DNA of 64,000 nucleotides from Octopus vulgaris (GCA_951406725.2 OX597826.1:72664001-72728000), one strand, 5' to 3'; counted from the stretch's first letter, positions 40,593 to 56,073 are shown. Numbers and translations are program-made. Notes: generated by a model from the letters alone, not told the origin.

Positions 40593-40647
<55 letters not shown>

Positions 40648-40836
40648 CATATATACACATATATCATACACACACACACATCTACGTATAATTATATATA
40701 TAACATATATACACATATATTATACACACACACACACACATCTACGTATAATTATATATACAACATATATACACATATATTATACACACACACACACACA
40801 TCTACGTATAATTATATATATCATCGTGTGTGTGTG

Positions 40837-40875
<39 letters not shown>

Positions 40876-41167
40876 GACACACACACACATTACAGAAACA
40901 TGCGTACATCTGTGTGTGAATATACATTTATTTGAAGAGGGTTAGTTAATGTAGTGAACCGCTTTCAATGTAAACCCCCAACCCCACCACCACACAAACA
41001 AAAATTAAAAACGAAACCCAAAGACATTGAGTTTCTGAGAATATATATGAAAATATTGACCTATCCAACCCAAACCGGCATGGCAAAATGGATATAAAAT
41101 AATGAAGAAGACATGTGTATGTGACTGTTTGTACCTGTGTTTGTGTGTTTATCTGTATATGTGTGTG

Positions 41168-41205
<38 letters not shown>

Positions 41206-41285
41206 AACACATGCATAGAATAGTAACATTTGTGTGTGTGTGTGCATATCTATCCACACCCACAGTTATGTATATGAAATGAGTG

Positions 41286-41363
<78 letters not shown>

Positions 41364-41472
41364 TGTACATAAATATGCAGTCATATACATATCTTCATCT
41401 TATTTTAAATCCACTTTTCCAGGCTGGTATGGGTTGCTTTTTCTCATGTTTGGGTTCATTTATATGTGTGTG

Positions 41473-41519
<47 letters not shown>

Positions 41520-41770
41520 ACACACACACACTATGTAATATATATAAAATTTGTGTATATACATGTATATGTATACATATATATATATATATATACATAT
41601 GTGTGTCTGTGTGTACAGGTATGTCTAAGCATAGGTATGTGTGTATATATATATATAATGTATATATATATAAGTATATATTATGAGTGTATATATATAT
41701 ATGTATATGTCTACCATGTACGTGTATGTGTATATGTATCTATCCTATATATGTGTGTGTGTGTTACTGT
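40440..41770. repeat. TA/TG/CA microsatellite field including a 3x ~60-bp minisatellite (~40645-40822)
   Basis: Unit 'aacatatatacacatatattatacacacacacacacacatctacgtataattatatata'. Confidence 0.92.
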
Positions 41771-43422
41771 ATCTGCAGCAGCATGATAGGCAGAGTTATC
41801 AGTTTCTTTACTTTTAGAACTTTGCTACTGTCTCACAAATATTCACAGTAATTTACTTTCAATTAGAATTTGATTTACACACTGTTACAGTCTCCTTCTT
41901 AAACAGTGTTTAGATAGCTTTAATAGATGTCCCCTCAAATCATAAATACTTTTTTTTTTGTCTTAGATAACCAGGAATGTGTTCTATGATATTGAAACAT
42001 TTCTAAATGATGAGCGATAATCAAACTCATCACCTGTGCTGAAGTATAGAATGTTATATTTTCATCATAACTGATATATGTTCACTAAAATGCACATCAT
42101 AATGATGTTGATGTATTGCTATCTTTTTTACTGTCTGTATGTATGTATCTGTATAAATGTGTGTGTGCACAGTGTGTGCAGGTACACTCACAAGTGCATA
42201 TATACATCTGCACGTTTTGTTGTATTGCAGTTATACGAATTCTTACTTCTAAGAAAGTATTTAAGGAAATATGTTAGTTTTCTTGAGTAATTTGCTAATA
42301 TTAACTTATAATTCCTGAATTAACGAGATCTTTCATGATTTTTTTTTTTTTTTACATACACAATTTTAGTTTCTAAAAAGCAATTACATGGCTGGGTATA
42401 TGATGTTGACACACATTTACACACACACACACACGAGAGAGAGAGAGAGAGAGCCACACACACACACAGATACATTTAAGAAGGAGAGGGAAAGCATATG
42501 TGCGACTTATTGTACTGTTAGTTTGAACTAACTTTTACTAGAAGAGAGCTACTGTACTGTATTATGTTAAGACACCCCACGCCCCTCACTCTGCCACAAG
42601 CACTGTCACCATCTCCACTTTGTTCTACACATGGCTATATAATAATCTTCTAGTCCCAAAGAACTTACTCTGTCTTCAACTGCTGCTTGCTTCTGTGTGT
42701 GACTTTGATTCATAAGTTTTTTTTATACATTAATAGTAAAACCAAACAGATTGTAGCATTATTCTTATTTCCAGGAAATAATTATAAAATAATGATAATA
42801 ATAATAATGAATTTATTATGGAATTTATTTTCTTCAGGTATTCTAGGTAAAACATTTTCTCAGATTATCTTAGCTGTTGCTGCCGATACTACTACTACTA
42901 CAGGCCAACGCAGAATATTCCACATACACACACACACTAAATTATTATCTACCCAGCAGACTCATATTCTTTCTTCTAGCAAGGTAGTGAGTCTCAGGAG
43001 TCATTTATTCTTTGGGACATCTTTGAAGGTTTCTTCATGTAGTAGTTAGTTTTATGTGTATGCAGTTGTGTGTTAGATATATATTGTATGTTACTAGTTG
43101 TACCTACCTCTCCTTATCATGCATTATCTACTTCTGTGTGTGTGTGTGTGTGTGTATGTAATGATAATATATGATATAATACAATATCATATATATTTAA
43201 AATGATATGTATAATACAATATTATACTATACACACACACACATACACATACATATATATAATCATTCTTTTGAATGATTATAAACCATGGCTTATATAG
43301 ACCTATTATTTTATGAATATTATTATTATTATTATTCACAACAAATATTAGGTAATGAACCAGTAATTCATTGAATATAACTATCCCTTAATGAGATTAA
43401 TTTAACCTCTAATTGAATTATA

Positions 43423-43467
<45 letters not shown>

Positions 43468-43518
43468 TATGATATAATACAATATAATTTTATATCATTA
43501 TATATATTATACTATGTT

Positions 43519-43561
<43 letters not shown>

Positions 43562-44289
43562 GAGTCCCAGGGTAGTTCTAAGCAGCTGATAGGTAAATAC
43601 CCTACTCTATCTATAACAGGGACACACTTGAAGCATGACAAATGTAGGAATTCAGATACTTGAAAGAAATCTACCAGTCTACTTTAAGACTGTTCCTCAT
43701 CTCTCTTTTTTTTTTCCTTACTGTAACACTAAGCACTCTTCATAACATTATGGAAGGATGTGGCTCCACAGCTGTAGTGAAAGTGACCTGGTAGGAATGT
43801 TAAACTCTATAGCAAATGTCTGTGAGAGCAGTAATTCTGAATAGAGATTTACATGGGGGAAATGTGGGATACACTAGCCACAAAGAAGACAACCTGACTA
43901 GAAGAACAGTAACTCTGAATAATATGCATGGAGAGGATGTGGCTTCCGTTTGACACAAGAAAAGTAAATTATCTAAGAAGACAGCAGTAACTCTGAATTA
44001 AAACTGATACAGTGTAGAGAGGAGATTTTAGTCTTATCAGACAGTTCCTCTTGTGTGGCTGGTATGATGAATGTACCTGGTCCATGCTCTAAAAATGGCT
44101 TGTGATAGGAAGTGTATCCAGCTGTAAAAGGCACACCATAGACACAATAGTTAGATCAGTGAAAAACCGTAATTGTGTATATAAGGCCAACACTTACTAT
44201 ATTAATACTGCAGACAGTCATGGGATGAACAAATGGGAACATCTATCAATATGTGAAAACCCTTTGATTGTCATCAGATACCTGCACCT

Positions 44290-45900
44290 TTCTTTCAGGT
44301 CCAGAATAAAGATATCAAACAACCTAAACTTAGCCAGGTGCACAATGAAAGGTGGGGGTGATGGGTGGTGGAAAGATTTTAGAGATGTTAGAATGGAAGT
44401 TTGTAGATGTGCATTGTGTAGAAGAAGTAAGATGGTAAGGAACTTCAAGCAGATCCATCATGGGCAAAGAATGCAAGTGAAATTTTTTTTGAGTTGGTAA
44501 CTGCACTGAACTTGATGGAGTAGATGTAGAAAAATGGAACTTGGTATCACAGTATTATAAATGGCTACTAGAGCAAAGGTGATATCCTAGAAAGAAGCAA
44601 TTATTGGGGCATCAAACTGATGGATTAAGTTATTACAGTAACAGAAAGAGTTTATACAGCACAACTAATTAGGAAGAAAATTAGCTGAGATGGGATACAG
44701 TTCAAGGATGTCTCCAGGACAGGTTACTAATGATGTTCTTCCTAGTGAGACAACTGTAGGAAAAGTTGTTAGCAATGTGCAAGCCACTATACCTAGCATT
44801 TGATGAGCCACAGAAAATTCTTAATAGTGTATGACCATCTGTAGCCTGGTTGTTGCTAAGAAAACAATGAGTAGATGAATAACTTGTTGTGAGAGATATG
44901 TAAGCCATATGCAGAGATGCTGTCTGCAAAATGAAAACAATGAGTTTCACACGGAGTTTAGTGATAGGTTAGTGTCCATTAATGCTTCTTTATGAGTCTC
45001 TGCCTGTTTATTTCAGTTCTCCTGGCCATAGGAGTGGACTCTAAAACCAGCTGTCCATGATAACTATTGTATATCAATGACCAAATTCTCATATTTGAAT
45101 CTGTTGAAGTATTGGAGTAAAAAAATTTTTGAACATAGAGCAAGGCCGAGAATCAAAGAGTTATAATGTTAATTTAGAAAATTTAAAAATTTTATTACGA
45201 AGGAAAGAAGATGGGACTCAACTGATAGCACCTGGGAAGGTAGCCCTGTTTGATATGCAGTAGAAGAGATGAGAATTCCATATTGTGTACCTAGTGTAAA
45301 CTTTGGGTAGAAAAGAGGTGCAGTGGTGTCACAAGCTGACAGAGAAGGGCTTCATGTAGCAAATGTGCAAGGGCTGTTAGTAGTAAGAACAACTCTGGTA
45401 TAAACTCTTTCAAAGTTTTAGTGTGCTCCCTAGAAATGGATGGTAGCTTTTGTTACTTTGATAACTTATTTAGCTATGGAACAGGGTGTTCTGAAAGTAT
45501 AGTAGAATGGATTAAAAATAGTAAATGGATTTCCTTTCAGGGTGAAGGTGATTGTATAATGTTTGCATATGAAGTGTGATGTTGCATGGTTGTGAAATAA
45601 GGGCATTGAATGCAGAGGATGTATGAAGGCCTTAACAAAGTGAGGCAAGTATGTTCCACTGGATGTATAATATTAGTGAGCATAAATTGTATAAAACAAT
45701 TTAGCTAAGAGAAATTGGATATGAAACTAGCAGATGTAGTGGCTAAGAAATAAGCCTAAGCTGGTACAGATATGTGATGTATATAGAGGATGGCATTTGG
45801 GTTAAAAAATGCCAGGTAATGTAAGTGAAAGAAACCTGCAAGAGATCAAGGAAAATATGAGAAATGCCTTGTGAGTGGAATGTGGTAGAATGGAATTTGT
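44290..45900 (+). mobile_element. old, degenerate RTE LINE (EN-RT) pseudo-ORF
   Basis: Fragments TMKG..GKILEMLEWKFVDV (EN start), KGDILERSNYWGIKLMD, FLVRQL*EK and KPLYLAF (RT). Many stops and indels. Confidence 0.85.
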
Positions 45901-48564
45901 ATGTAAGCCTGCCAGAAGCTTATTCTTCAGTAGTAGACTTTACATCACACCTGGTCCTTGTGTGCCTTTAGTGGAGCCCACTTTGCTATAAACATCCTCA
46001 GGTCTGAGGATAACGTCATTTCACCAGTCTTTCAAAGGTTCAAAATACAGTTGTGTGTGCTGCTGTCATCCCTCCTGTAAGTAGTAGAGAAAAAGAAAAG
46101 AAACCTCAGTACTTAAGGTACATGAATATATCCATAACTTTTGCAAGCCCTCAAAGGCTTGTATGATAATGTGGCTGGTATCCAGTTTAAGTATCGGTAG
46201 GATGTTTAAGCTGGACATCATCCACATCTGCAAGAAAAAAACATTAGTATATGTGATGGTAGTGAGATTTCAGATGGAAGTAGCTCTTGGGACGAAGGAT
46301 TGTGTGTATGTTTGGGAGAGGGAATATTTTGTGGGCAACAGGATAAGAGTAGAATATGCAGTTTGGGAGGGCAAAAAGAGTTGGTCATTGTAATTGTGAC
46401 AGAAAAGACAAGGTGGAAACTAGCACAATTGGTATTTGATTGTTGTAATAGGGATTTTTTGGCAGTTAGTCATATGATCCCCCTTTTTTTTTTCATGTGG
46501 TCAAAGGTATTTATGTTGGTAGCAGCAGTGGCATTTCATCTATATTTACCAGCAGCACTTCATTGTATAATCTATATATATTAAATGTATCTATATGTAT
46601 ATGTTAAGGGTATGATAATATTTTGAAAACAAAAGTGTTTAATATTTAATGTCATATAGATATTTGTGTGTGTGTGGGAATATAATATATATAGATTATA
46701 CATTTAATAACACTAGTGCCACATAACAAGCACCCAGTACACTCTGTAAAACGGTTGACATTAGGGAGGGCATCTAGCTGTAGAAACCAAGCCAAAACAG
46801 ACAATGGAACCTAGCCTTTCCAGCTCCCGCCAAAGCGTCAAACCCATGCCAGCATGAAAAACAGACGTTAAGTGACGACGCCGATGATGATGATGATATT
46901 AATTGTGGTTGATTTGATGTCAGTTTTGTTTATTTTCTTCTTGCTGGATCCTTTCTTAAACTAATGACTACTAACTAATTAGTTACGAACGTTAACAATC
47001 TGGGTAAAAAAATTCTGCTCAAGTCTAGTTTTCCATTCACCCTTTGATGACGAGTCCCCTTATTCCAGAATTTCAAAATTCCGCTCGCAAAACATTGGTC
47101 AGCCCAAAGCTACAGTGGAAAACACTGCCGAAGTGTCGCATCGTGGGACCAAGGCTAGAACCAAGTCATTATGAAGTTCTTAACTACACGGTTATACTTG
47201 TACTTGTGTTTATTAAATTTACTTTTATAGTTCACGTCCTCTTGTAAAACTAACGAAAAGTTCCTCCTGTGGAGTTACAACACGAAATAATTAAATGTTA
47301 AATCATCTCCGGCCCAGTTCTTACAATGTGAGTTGGCCGCTGATTTTAATTATCAAGGGACGTAACTTAGGAGTTACAGTTCAGTTATTTCCCCTTGGGC
47401 TTTCATATTTGTTCGCGCTCACAGAAATTGTGATAATTATTTTAAGGTGTTTTATGTCAGTCACCATATTCTTCCGTGTTTTAAGGCAGTTAGGGTAACG
47501 GCGGCAGAAACATTGGTTTTCTGTCGCACTTTTCTGTGTTCAAATCTCTAGCATAGGTGATGGTGATAGGGTGATGTTTGGCCTTCCATCCATGCAATAT
47601 CTATTTATATATTTTGTCTGTACAAAAACTGAAATACCACTTCCGCAAAGATGTTGAAGGAAACTTTGTGCTAAATAATGAAAATTTTAATTCTTCTATC
47701 GGACCAAGGTTCTCACAACAATAACAAAAGCAATAAAAAAACTTTGAAAGACCGAAATGTATTTTTCTGGATAAGTTCTTTAGAGTGTCTGGGGAGTAAT
47801 AGTAATTGTATAATAATAATGAGCTTACTGTATCCAGTGCTTACGTGTATTTTCAATGCGTGTATCTAAAGTAAATTTCAATCGGTTCAACCTTCATTTT
47901 GGTATGTCAGTGATTCCAGATTTGATTTAAAGTAGGAATGAAGTTGATAATCTAGTACAATTTAATCTTAGAAGTTGAAATCTAGTTTCCAATCTGTTTT
48001 AGTTATAATAAAAAGAAATTGAATAATACCGTGTTTGATAATATCAATGACTCACAAGTAATTAGACACGCTTCAAGTTCAGCAACGCATATTCAGGCCA
48101 AAAAAGTTTCTAGTGTATTAAAGCTTATGGAAGGCCCAACTTCCCATATAGAACCAGGGGTGATTAAATAACATTTTTTTTTTTTTTAGATATCTTTTAG
48201 GAAGAAACAAGGGCGTCTTTTATGCCATCAAATAGGGTATATGTTTATTCTTGTAAAATATTTAGAATGTTTCTGTTAAGTAAAACGTTTAAATTCTCTA
48301 AACAGTATGGGGGATAATAATGTTTCTATATCGAGAGGTAGGAATTCTGTGATCATCATCACAGCTATGATAGGTATTGCTTTTCAAACCCGTATTCTGC
48401 AAGGAATAGCTTTAACTGAGATGTGAAATATTCTCCATGATGATGATGACGGTGATGGTGAAGATGATAATGGAAGTTGCAGCTTGCTCGGTATCATTGT
48501 GGTGAGAACTTTGCAGGAATTTTCAGGAATGTAATCTTCCATACGCACTACCACTACTGATTTT

Positions 48565-49385
48565 CACATTGTGGCACATGGCCAGAAATTTTGAAGAGAG
48601 GGGCGTTTAGTTGATTACATCAACTGCAGTGCTCAGCTGGTACTTATTTTATCGATCCTGAAAGGAGGAAAGTCGACCTCAGTGGAATTTGAACTTTGAA
48701 TGTTAAGAGCCAGAAGGAATGCTGCTAAGCATTTTGTCCAAATAGCTAACAACTCTACTAGCATTCTGTTTTAGTAATAAAAATAATAATCCTTTCTATT
48801 ATGGGGGAGGGGGCCAGTCGATTAGATTGACCCCAGTACACAACTGATACTTAATTTATTAACCCTGAAAGGATGAAAGACAAAGTCGACCTCAGTGGAA
48901 TTTGAATTCAGAACACAGCGGCAGACAAAATGCCGCTAAGCATTTCACCTGGCGTGCTAATGATTCTGCCAGCTCACCACCTGAATAATAACAATAATAA
49001 TGGTGTAACGTTTTGGCACAAGGCCAGCAATTTTAGGAGTGTGGCTAAGTCATTGACCCCAATGCACTTATTTTATGAACGCCAAAAGTCAACCTCTGCA
49101 GGATTTGAACTGAAAAACACGAAGAGATGGTACAATTGGTGCAAGGCATTTGTCAGCTGTACTTATAGTAATGCAAAGTAAAGGGAAGATTTATTTTCAA
49201 TTAAATACCTTGTTGTATTTCAACATTGTCATCATCATTGTCAACATCATCATCATCATCGTCATGATTAATTAGTATAAGCACAGTCATCCATACTTCC
49301 TCTTACACAACTTAGATGTAGTGTGTCAAAACATTATGCAGTTCTTGTAACTTATTCACAGAAAGCTCTTTATGAAGTGTATGTA

Positions 49386-49423
<38 letters not shown>

Positions 49424-51615
49424 CGTGAAAGAGAATGCCTGTATACCTTCCTGGCATTTCTACTTTCTCTTCTGAAAAAGTTGTTAATGTTAAAACGTAA
49501 ATAACATAGTTTTGTGTGGCATTTTTATCATAATAAACATGGTAGTTACCATTTAGAAATATTTTAACTGCACACGATAATGCTAACTGCTTAAATATGG
49601 AACCTTAGAATTATTGGGGAGAAAGGAAATGTGAGTAATAATAATAATGGTGGTGGTGATGATGATGATTAAATTAGTAAGAGATAAATATTTTGCCAAG
49701 AGATTGAATGTAATGCTTTCAATGGAGTATGAATTCTTGGTTCTTGTAGAGAAATACAGGTACCTAATTAAAATCGCTTCCTTCAATTGCAGCAGCATGT
49801 AACATCACTATCATCTCTATCCATTTATAATAATAATGATAATAATAATAATCCTTTCTACTAAAGGCACATGGCCTGAAATTTTGGAGGAGGGGAGTAG
49901 TCAATTACATCAACCCCAGTATTCAACTGGTACTTAATTTATTGACTCCGAAAGGATGAAAGACAAAGTCAGCCTCAGTGGAATTTGAACTCAGAATGTG
50001 AAGACAGACGGAATAATACTAATGGTTCTTTGATTTTGGCACAATTTTAAGGTTAATTATTAGTCAATTACACTGGCCCCAGTGTTCAACTGGTACTTAT
50101 TTTATTGGCCTTGAACAGATGAAAGGCAAAGGTGACTTCGGCAGAATTTGAGCCCAGAATGTAAAGATGGATGAAATACCACTAAGCATTTTGTTTAGCA
50201 TGCTAACGATTCTGTCATATCACTGCCTTAGATGATGATGATTATTGTTGTTGTTAATGTTTCTAATATAGACACAAGGCCGGAAATTTGTGTGGAGAGT
50301 GTTACTTAATTAGATTTACCAAGTACTTGACTGGTACTTTATTTTATTGACCCTGAAAGGCTGAAAGATAAAGTCAACTTTACCCTTAAAATTACTGTAT
50401 ATAATTTAGATAGAAGGTCAGTAATTTTGAGAGGAGGAGCTAGTCAATTACATTGGGCCCAGCACTTGACTGGTACTTTATTTTATTGACCCTGGAGGGA
50501 GGAAAAGCAAGGCTTCAAGTCAGAACATGAAGGGTCAGAATAAGAACCATAAAGTATTTTGTCCAACACTGTAATGATTCTGTCAACCCACCATCCTCAA
50601 ATTGTTTCTAAATTAAGCATAAAGCCAACAGTTTTGAAGCTTAAGGGTTTAGTTCATATCATAACTAGTTTATCAACTTTGATGAGATGAAAAGCAAAAT
50701 TGTCTTCACCAGAATTTGAACCCAGAACTGTCAGGCTTTTTTTTTTCCCCAACGCTGTAATGATTTTGCCAGCTTGTCTTAATCATAATCATAGTAGTAA
50801 TAATTTTTATTTTCGCTTCCTCTATTGGTACAAGGACTGAAATTTTGGGAGAGTGAGCTAGTCCTTTGACCCCAGTGCTCAACTGCTACGTGTTTCTTTG
50901 ACCCCAGTGCTCAACTGCTACGTGTTTCTTTGACCCCAAAAGGATGAAATGCAAAATCAGTCTAATATTGCTGTACATCCATCCTTTCAGGGTTGATAAA
51001 ATAAGTACTATTCATGTACTGGGGGTGATGTAATCAACTTACACCCCATTCCATCAAAATTGCTGGCATTGTACCAAAAGTAGATAGAATTATTATTATT
51101 ATTATTTTTTTTTTTTTAGTCTTGCAAGTACTTGGTGACCCTGTCAGTGCAGGTGCCACTTAAAAAGCACCCAGTTCACACTGTAAAGTGGTTGGTGTTT
51201 GGAAGGGCATCCAGCTGTAAAAACCTTGCCAAAACTGATCTCGCCTGTGCCATGTAAAAAGCATGAATAGTTGGTATTAAGAAGGGCATCACAGAAGTCT
51301 GGTGCAGACTTCTGCCTGGCCGGCTCTTGTGAAACCATCCCATCCATGCTAGCATGGAACGCAGATGTTAAACGATGACGATGATGATGATGATTAAGGC
51401 AGTGAACAGGTAGAATCATTAGCACACCAGTTAAAATGCTTGGCAGCGTTTTGTAATCTACCTTTACATTCTGAGTTCAAATTCTGCTGGGGTCAACTTT
51501 GCTTTTCATCTTTTCAGAGTCAGTAAAATAAATACCAGTTAATCACTGGAGTCAATGATATTGACTACATCATCCCACAAAATTTCAAGCTTTGTGTCTA
51601 TAGCAGAAAGGATTC
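48565..51615. mobile_element. cluster of ~10 family B SINE copies (mostly minus strand, last ones plus) with an RTE tail inserted at ~51120-51395
   Basis: Repeated 'aaggatgaaagacaaagtcgacctcagtggaatttgaactcagaa' units separated by (AAT)n. Includes a 32-bp tandem duplication at ~50863-50935. Confidence 0.85.
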
Positions 51616-54219
51616 TTGTTGTTGAGAGAATTTTTTTACTCAAGCCCAAAGAAAGATTCAAGTCCTGAAGATAGCCTGTGAGATGTGGTGACAACTATTC
51701 CTTTCTCAAAAATATTCATGATATAAAAAAAAAGGGAGTGAAATTTGAATCCACAATCAGTTCACCAAGTATTTAACCCAATGCCTTACTACTATCTATA
51801 CCAACTTAACAACTGTTGATATCAGTTTGCTGTATGCCCCAACTTTTCCACTCTCTACACCTATACCAACTGGTTGCTGCCTACACCAACTTACTACTGC
51901 CCACACTAACTTGCTACTGTTGACATCAACATTCTACAGTGTACACCTGTACCAACTTTCAACACTTTACATTAACTTTTTATGCCAACTCAGTAGAATT
52001 TCTACCCTCTTACAACTGTCTCTACCCAAGCATAATACTGTCTATACAAACTTGCTAATGTCAACCCCGTCTCAACTGGGGCTCATTATGGCCTTTGAGA
52101 GTCCATATAAGAGTTTGTCGTTAAAATTTATGTGCAATAAACTTGTTATACTTCTACAATACACTAAGTATTTTAATTCTTTTCTATACAATTCCTAAAA
52201 ATACTTAATTATAAAAATATAATAACAGGATATTTTGCTACATATTTTATCAACCCCGAACAGGCGAAAGGCAAAGTCGATCTCAGTGGAATTTGAACTT
52301 AGAACATAAAGATGGATGAAATGCCACTAAGTATTATGCCTGGCATTCTAACGATCCTGCCAGCTTGCTGCATCCCTATTTTACTGCAAGAATGATAAAG
52401 ATTTTGTACAAATTTTCAAAATTCTCTACATGTTTTCCTTATCATTTTTATTCTTAATTTAGTGTTATGATAAAAGTATATGGTGACTTTGCTATCTATT
52501 CTTATGGGGATGGATGGGTGTCATTAAAATAAGTACCAGTTCAGTAAGGTGGTAGGAGTCAATTTAATCTAATGTACTTTCCTCAAAGTTTGTTGTCTTC
52601 AGCTTGTCTTACAATAATAAAATGAAAAAATGATTTTAATGTTATTGGTCATGTGGTTAAAATGTTTGCTTTATAACTTTGTAGTTTGGGATTCAGTCCC
52701 ACTATTCAGCACCTTGGGCAAATGTCCTCTGCTATAGCTGCCTTGTGGATGACTGTGGTAGACAGAAACTGTGGAAGCTTATTGTGTGTGTGTGTGTGTG
52801 TGTCTTTGAATTTATATTGGTTTGTTTACACCCATAACTTAGCATTTCAGTAAAAAGGTATCAATAGAGTATGCACTGGACTTAAAGTAAGTGCAATGGT
52901 CAATTTAATTGGCAACACCCAGTGTGGCTGCAGTCCAATGACTGAAACAAATAAAAGAATGGGTTGTAAGAATTGGTAGTGCACATTTCTGACTCTCTAT
53001 ATACTGAGTTCAAATTCTGCCAAAATCAACTCTAGTCTTTGTTCTTCCAAGGTCATTGAAAGAAAATAGCAATTGAGTACTGTGGTTGATTTAATCAACT
53101 GACCCATCTCCCCAAATATCTAGCTTTGTATCTTTATGAGAATTTTGTCAGTATTATATACTTCAATTGTTTTTAGTTCAAATTTTTTTTATCCCGTTAT
53201 TTAGGGGGTTCAATAAAATTATTTCTAATATAAATATTAAGTTTTGATTTCATCAGTTTTATTGTCACTGATAATGACCTAGTAACTGATTAAAATAAAT
53301 CATTAAGATACTGACATAACACAAACATGGTGATTTTGAAGAAATTATACACTACTAGTGTAAATACTTCTTTGTTTTTCTATGTCGCAAATTCAAATTT
53401 TGCCAAGGTCAACTTGGTCTTTACTCCCCTCTTGGTTGGTCAAAAAATACTATTAATACACCACGGTTTGATTCAGTAGGCTCTATACACTTTCTTTGCA
53501 ATAATTTGACCTCATGCTTAATGAAAAAAGATTGTTTTATTATAACCAGAAGAACTTCTTTATTTGTCTAATAAGGAAAGGCATGCATATCACAGCAACC
53601 TATATAGCTTTAAGATGCCATATTAATCTGTAATGAATCGTTATTTGATTTAGTTTCACTTTTATGAAGCCATAAATGTGATTAGAGTAAAAAAACTGTT
53701 TAAGAAAGTTATTTAAACATCGAAGAAATTTCAACAAACATGAAAAAAATCTACACTTTATGTAAAAATGGGGGGAAAAAATGAAAAACTTGAAGGGAAA
53801 ACGAACTATAAAAAAAAAGCAAAGAAAGAAATTTCCCTTACTTCCTGTTAACCTTCACATGTAACAGTTAGCAGTAGTAGTATTTAGAATTGGTAAAAAT
53901 ATCTAGAAACTATGAATTATTTCTAAAAATGCTGCTTAACTTTCGCCAAGACTAGAACTTGTAACCATTAACAAATTCAACAGTTAAAAATTAATTCACA
54001 CACACACACAATGACAACAACAACAACAACAACAAAACCCAACCAAACTTTCGACAAAAGAGTATCTCTCCCCCCCTCCCCCCCCCCTCCATGCTTTAAC
54101 ATTTATTTTTGTATCGTTTCTTTCGGGGTGTGTGGAGATTAGAAAATTTATCTTTTTTCTCAATTACTGTCAGAAAATGCGTAAACCGATGCTAATGCAC
54201 ATATGCACACTCCATTTTG

Positions 54220-54310
<91 letters not shown>

Positions 54311-54464
54311 CACATACACACATTCTTCCATACTACTTAGTCAGACACACAGAGGGATATATGTGTGTATATATATATATATATGTACGTATGTTTGTAT
54401 GTGTGTGTGTGTATATATATGTATGTATATCCCGTTCTCTCTCTGTCTCCCCTACCTTTCTCTT

Positions 54465-54512
<48 letters not shown>

Positions 54513-54520
54513 TCTCATAC
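54220..54520. repeat. (CA)n(CT)n and TA/TG microsatellites
   Basis: Directly visible. Confidence 0.95.
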
Positions 54521-55033
54521 ACACGTAGACACGCGCACACAGACCATCCTAAGAGATTTCAGCTGTTGTTATTGAAGCCACATGTAAGGTCCAGTTTGCC
54601 GACTGCCATTCTGCGAAAAACGTCTGTATTTAAAATAGATGGAACACCCAAAAACTTACCTGCTCACTCCCCCCCCCCGTCACCCCCACCCCACCCCACC
54701 CTGCCTTCACAAAATACTCCCCGAGTGTAGATAAAATCATTAATTACAAAAAAAAAAAAAAAAGCCCCAAAAGACAAACAAACAAAAACAAAAAAAAAAC
54801 CCCCAAAAAACTGATAAACTTTTATAAAACTTTTGGACAAATGTGTGTATGTAGGTATTTACCTTGTTCAGCAGACTCATTATTGATTCTACTGACAGCT
54901 TGTTCAAATCTGGTGTAGAAATGGTGAGCGCAGCCCTTCATGATATGTGCCATACGCGCATACACACACACACACACACTCACATATACAAACATGTGTA
55001 TGTGAGAGAGAGAGTGAGCGTGTGTGTGCATGT

Positions 55034-55072
<39 letters not shown>

Positions 55073-55369
55073 GCTAGATAGATGTGTGCATACACATATG
55101 GGTTCCTATATATATGTCTGTGTATATATATATGTATATATGTATGTATACATATCCATACATACACACTCACATGTGTGTGTGTGTATACGTGGCATTG
55201 TGCTGCGTTTGAAGCCTGATTTCCTGCACCGTTCCTCTGAATAATATTTCTCTCTCTGTCCTTTCAACTGTTTCTCTGAGGACATTGCCCCATCTAACTG
55301 TAGTAAGATATTTCACACTAGCTAGCTGCTGTCCCATTGAACTACTTTGTCACTGCTATTTAATTTAGC

Positions 55370-55417
<48 letters not shown>

Positions 55418-56039
55418 AACCAACCAACCAACAAAATATTTCTTGCCTGTTTCCTATTGCCATCACATCATATACATGCAGACATCCCACACTCACCCAT
55501 TCTCTCACACTCACTCACTCACTCTCTCTCTCTCTCTCCATATAATTGTTGAAGTGTTGGAATATAATTGTGTGTGTGTGTGAGTGAGCTACCACTTCAT
55601 ATCATTAGTGGTTGTACACTCTGTACAAATAATAGCACCAAAAGCCTTCCATCTCTCAGATAACACAGGCAGGTTTACTGTTCTCGTAGTGTTTGCATCT
55701 TTTAGCTTCTACTTGTTTCAGTCATTAGACTGTGGCCATGCTGGGGCATAGTGCTGAAGAATTTTTGGTCAAACAAATTGAGCCCTAGTAGTTATTCAAT
55801 GTCACTTCTGCCAAACCGTTAAGTTATGAAGACACAAACACACCAACACCAGTTGTCAAGCAGCAGTGGTGACAAACACAGATACAAACACGCATGCACA
55901 CAACAGGCTTCTTTCTGTTTCCATCTACCAAATCTACCCACAAGGCTTTGGAAGAAGACACTTGCTTAAGGTTAACAGGAAATGGAACTGAACCCTGAGC
56001 CATGTGGTTGGACAGCAGACTTCTTACTACAGAGCCATC

Positions 56040-56073
<34 letters not shown>

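Noticed and set aside
42008-42043. ATGATGA...CTGA C/D-box-like motif with a small hairpin
   Set aside because: Far too short for a snoRNA and has no terminal stem.
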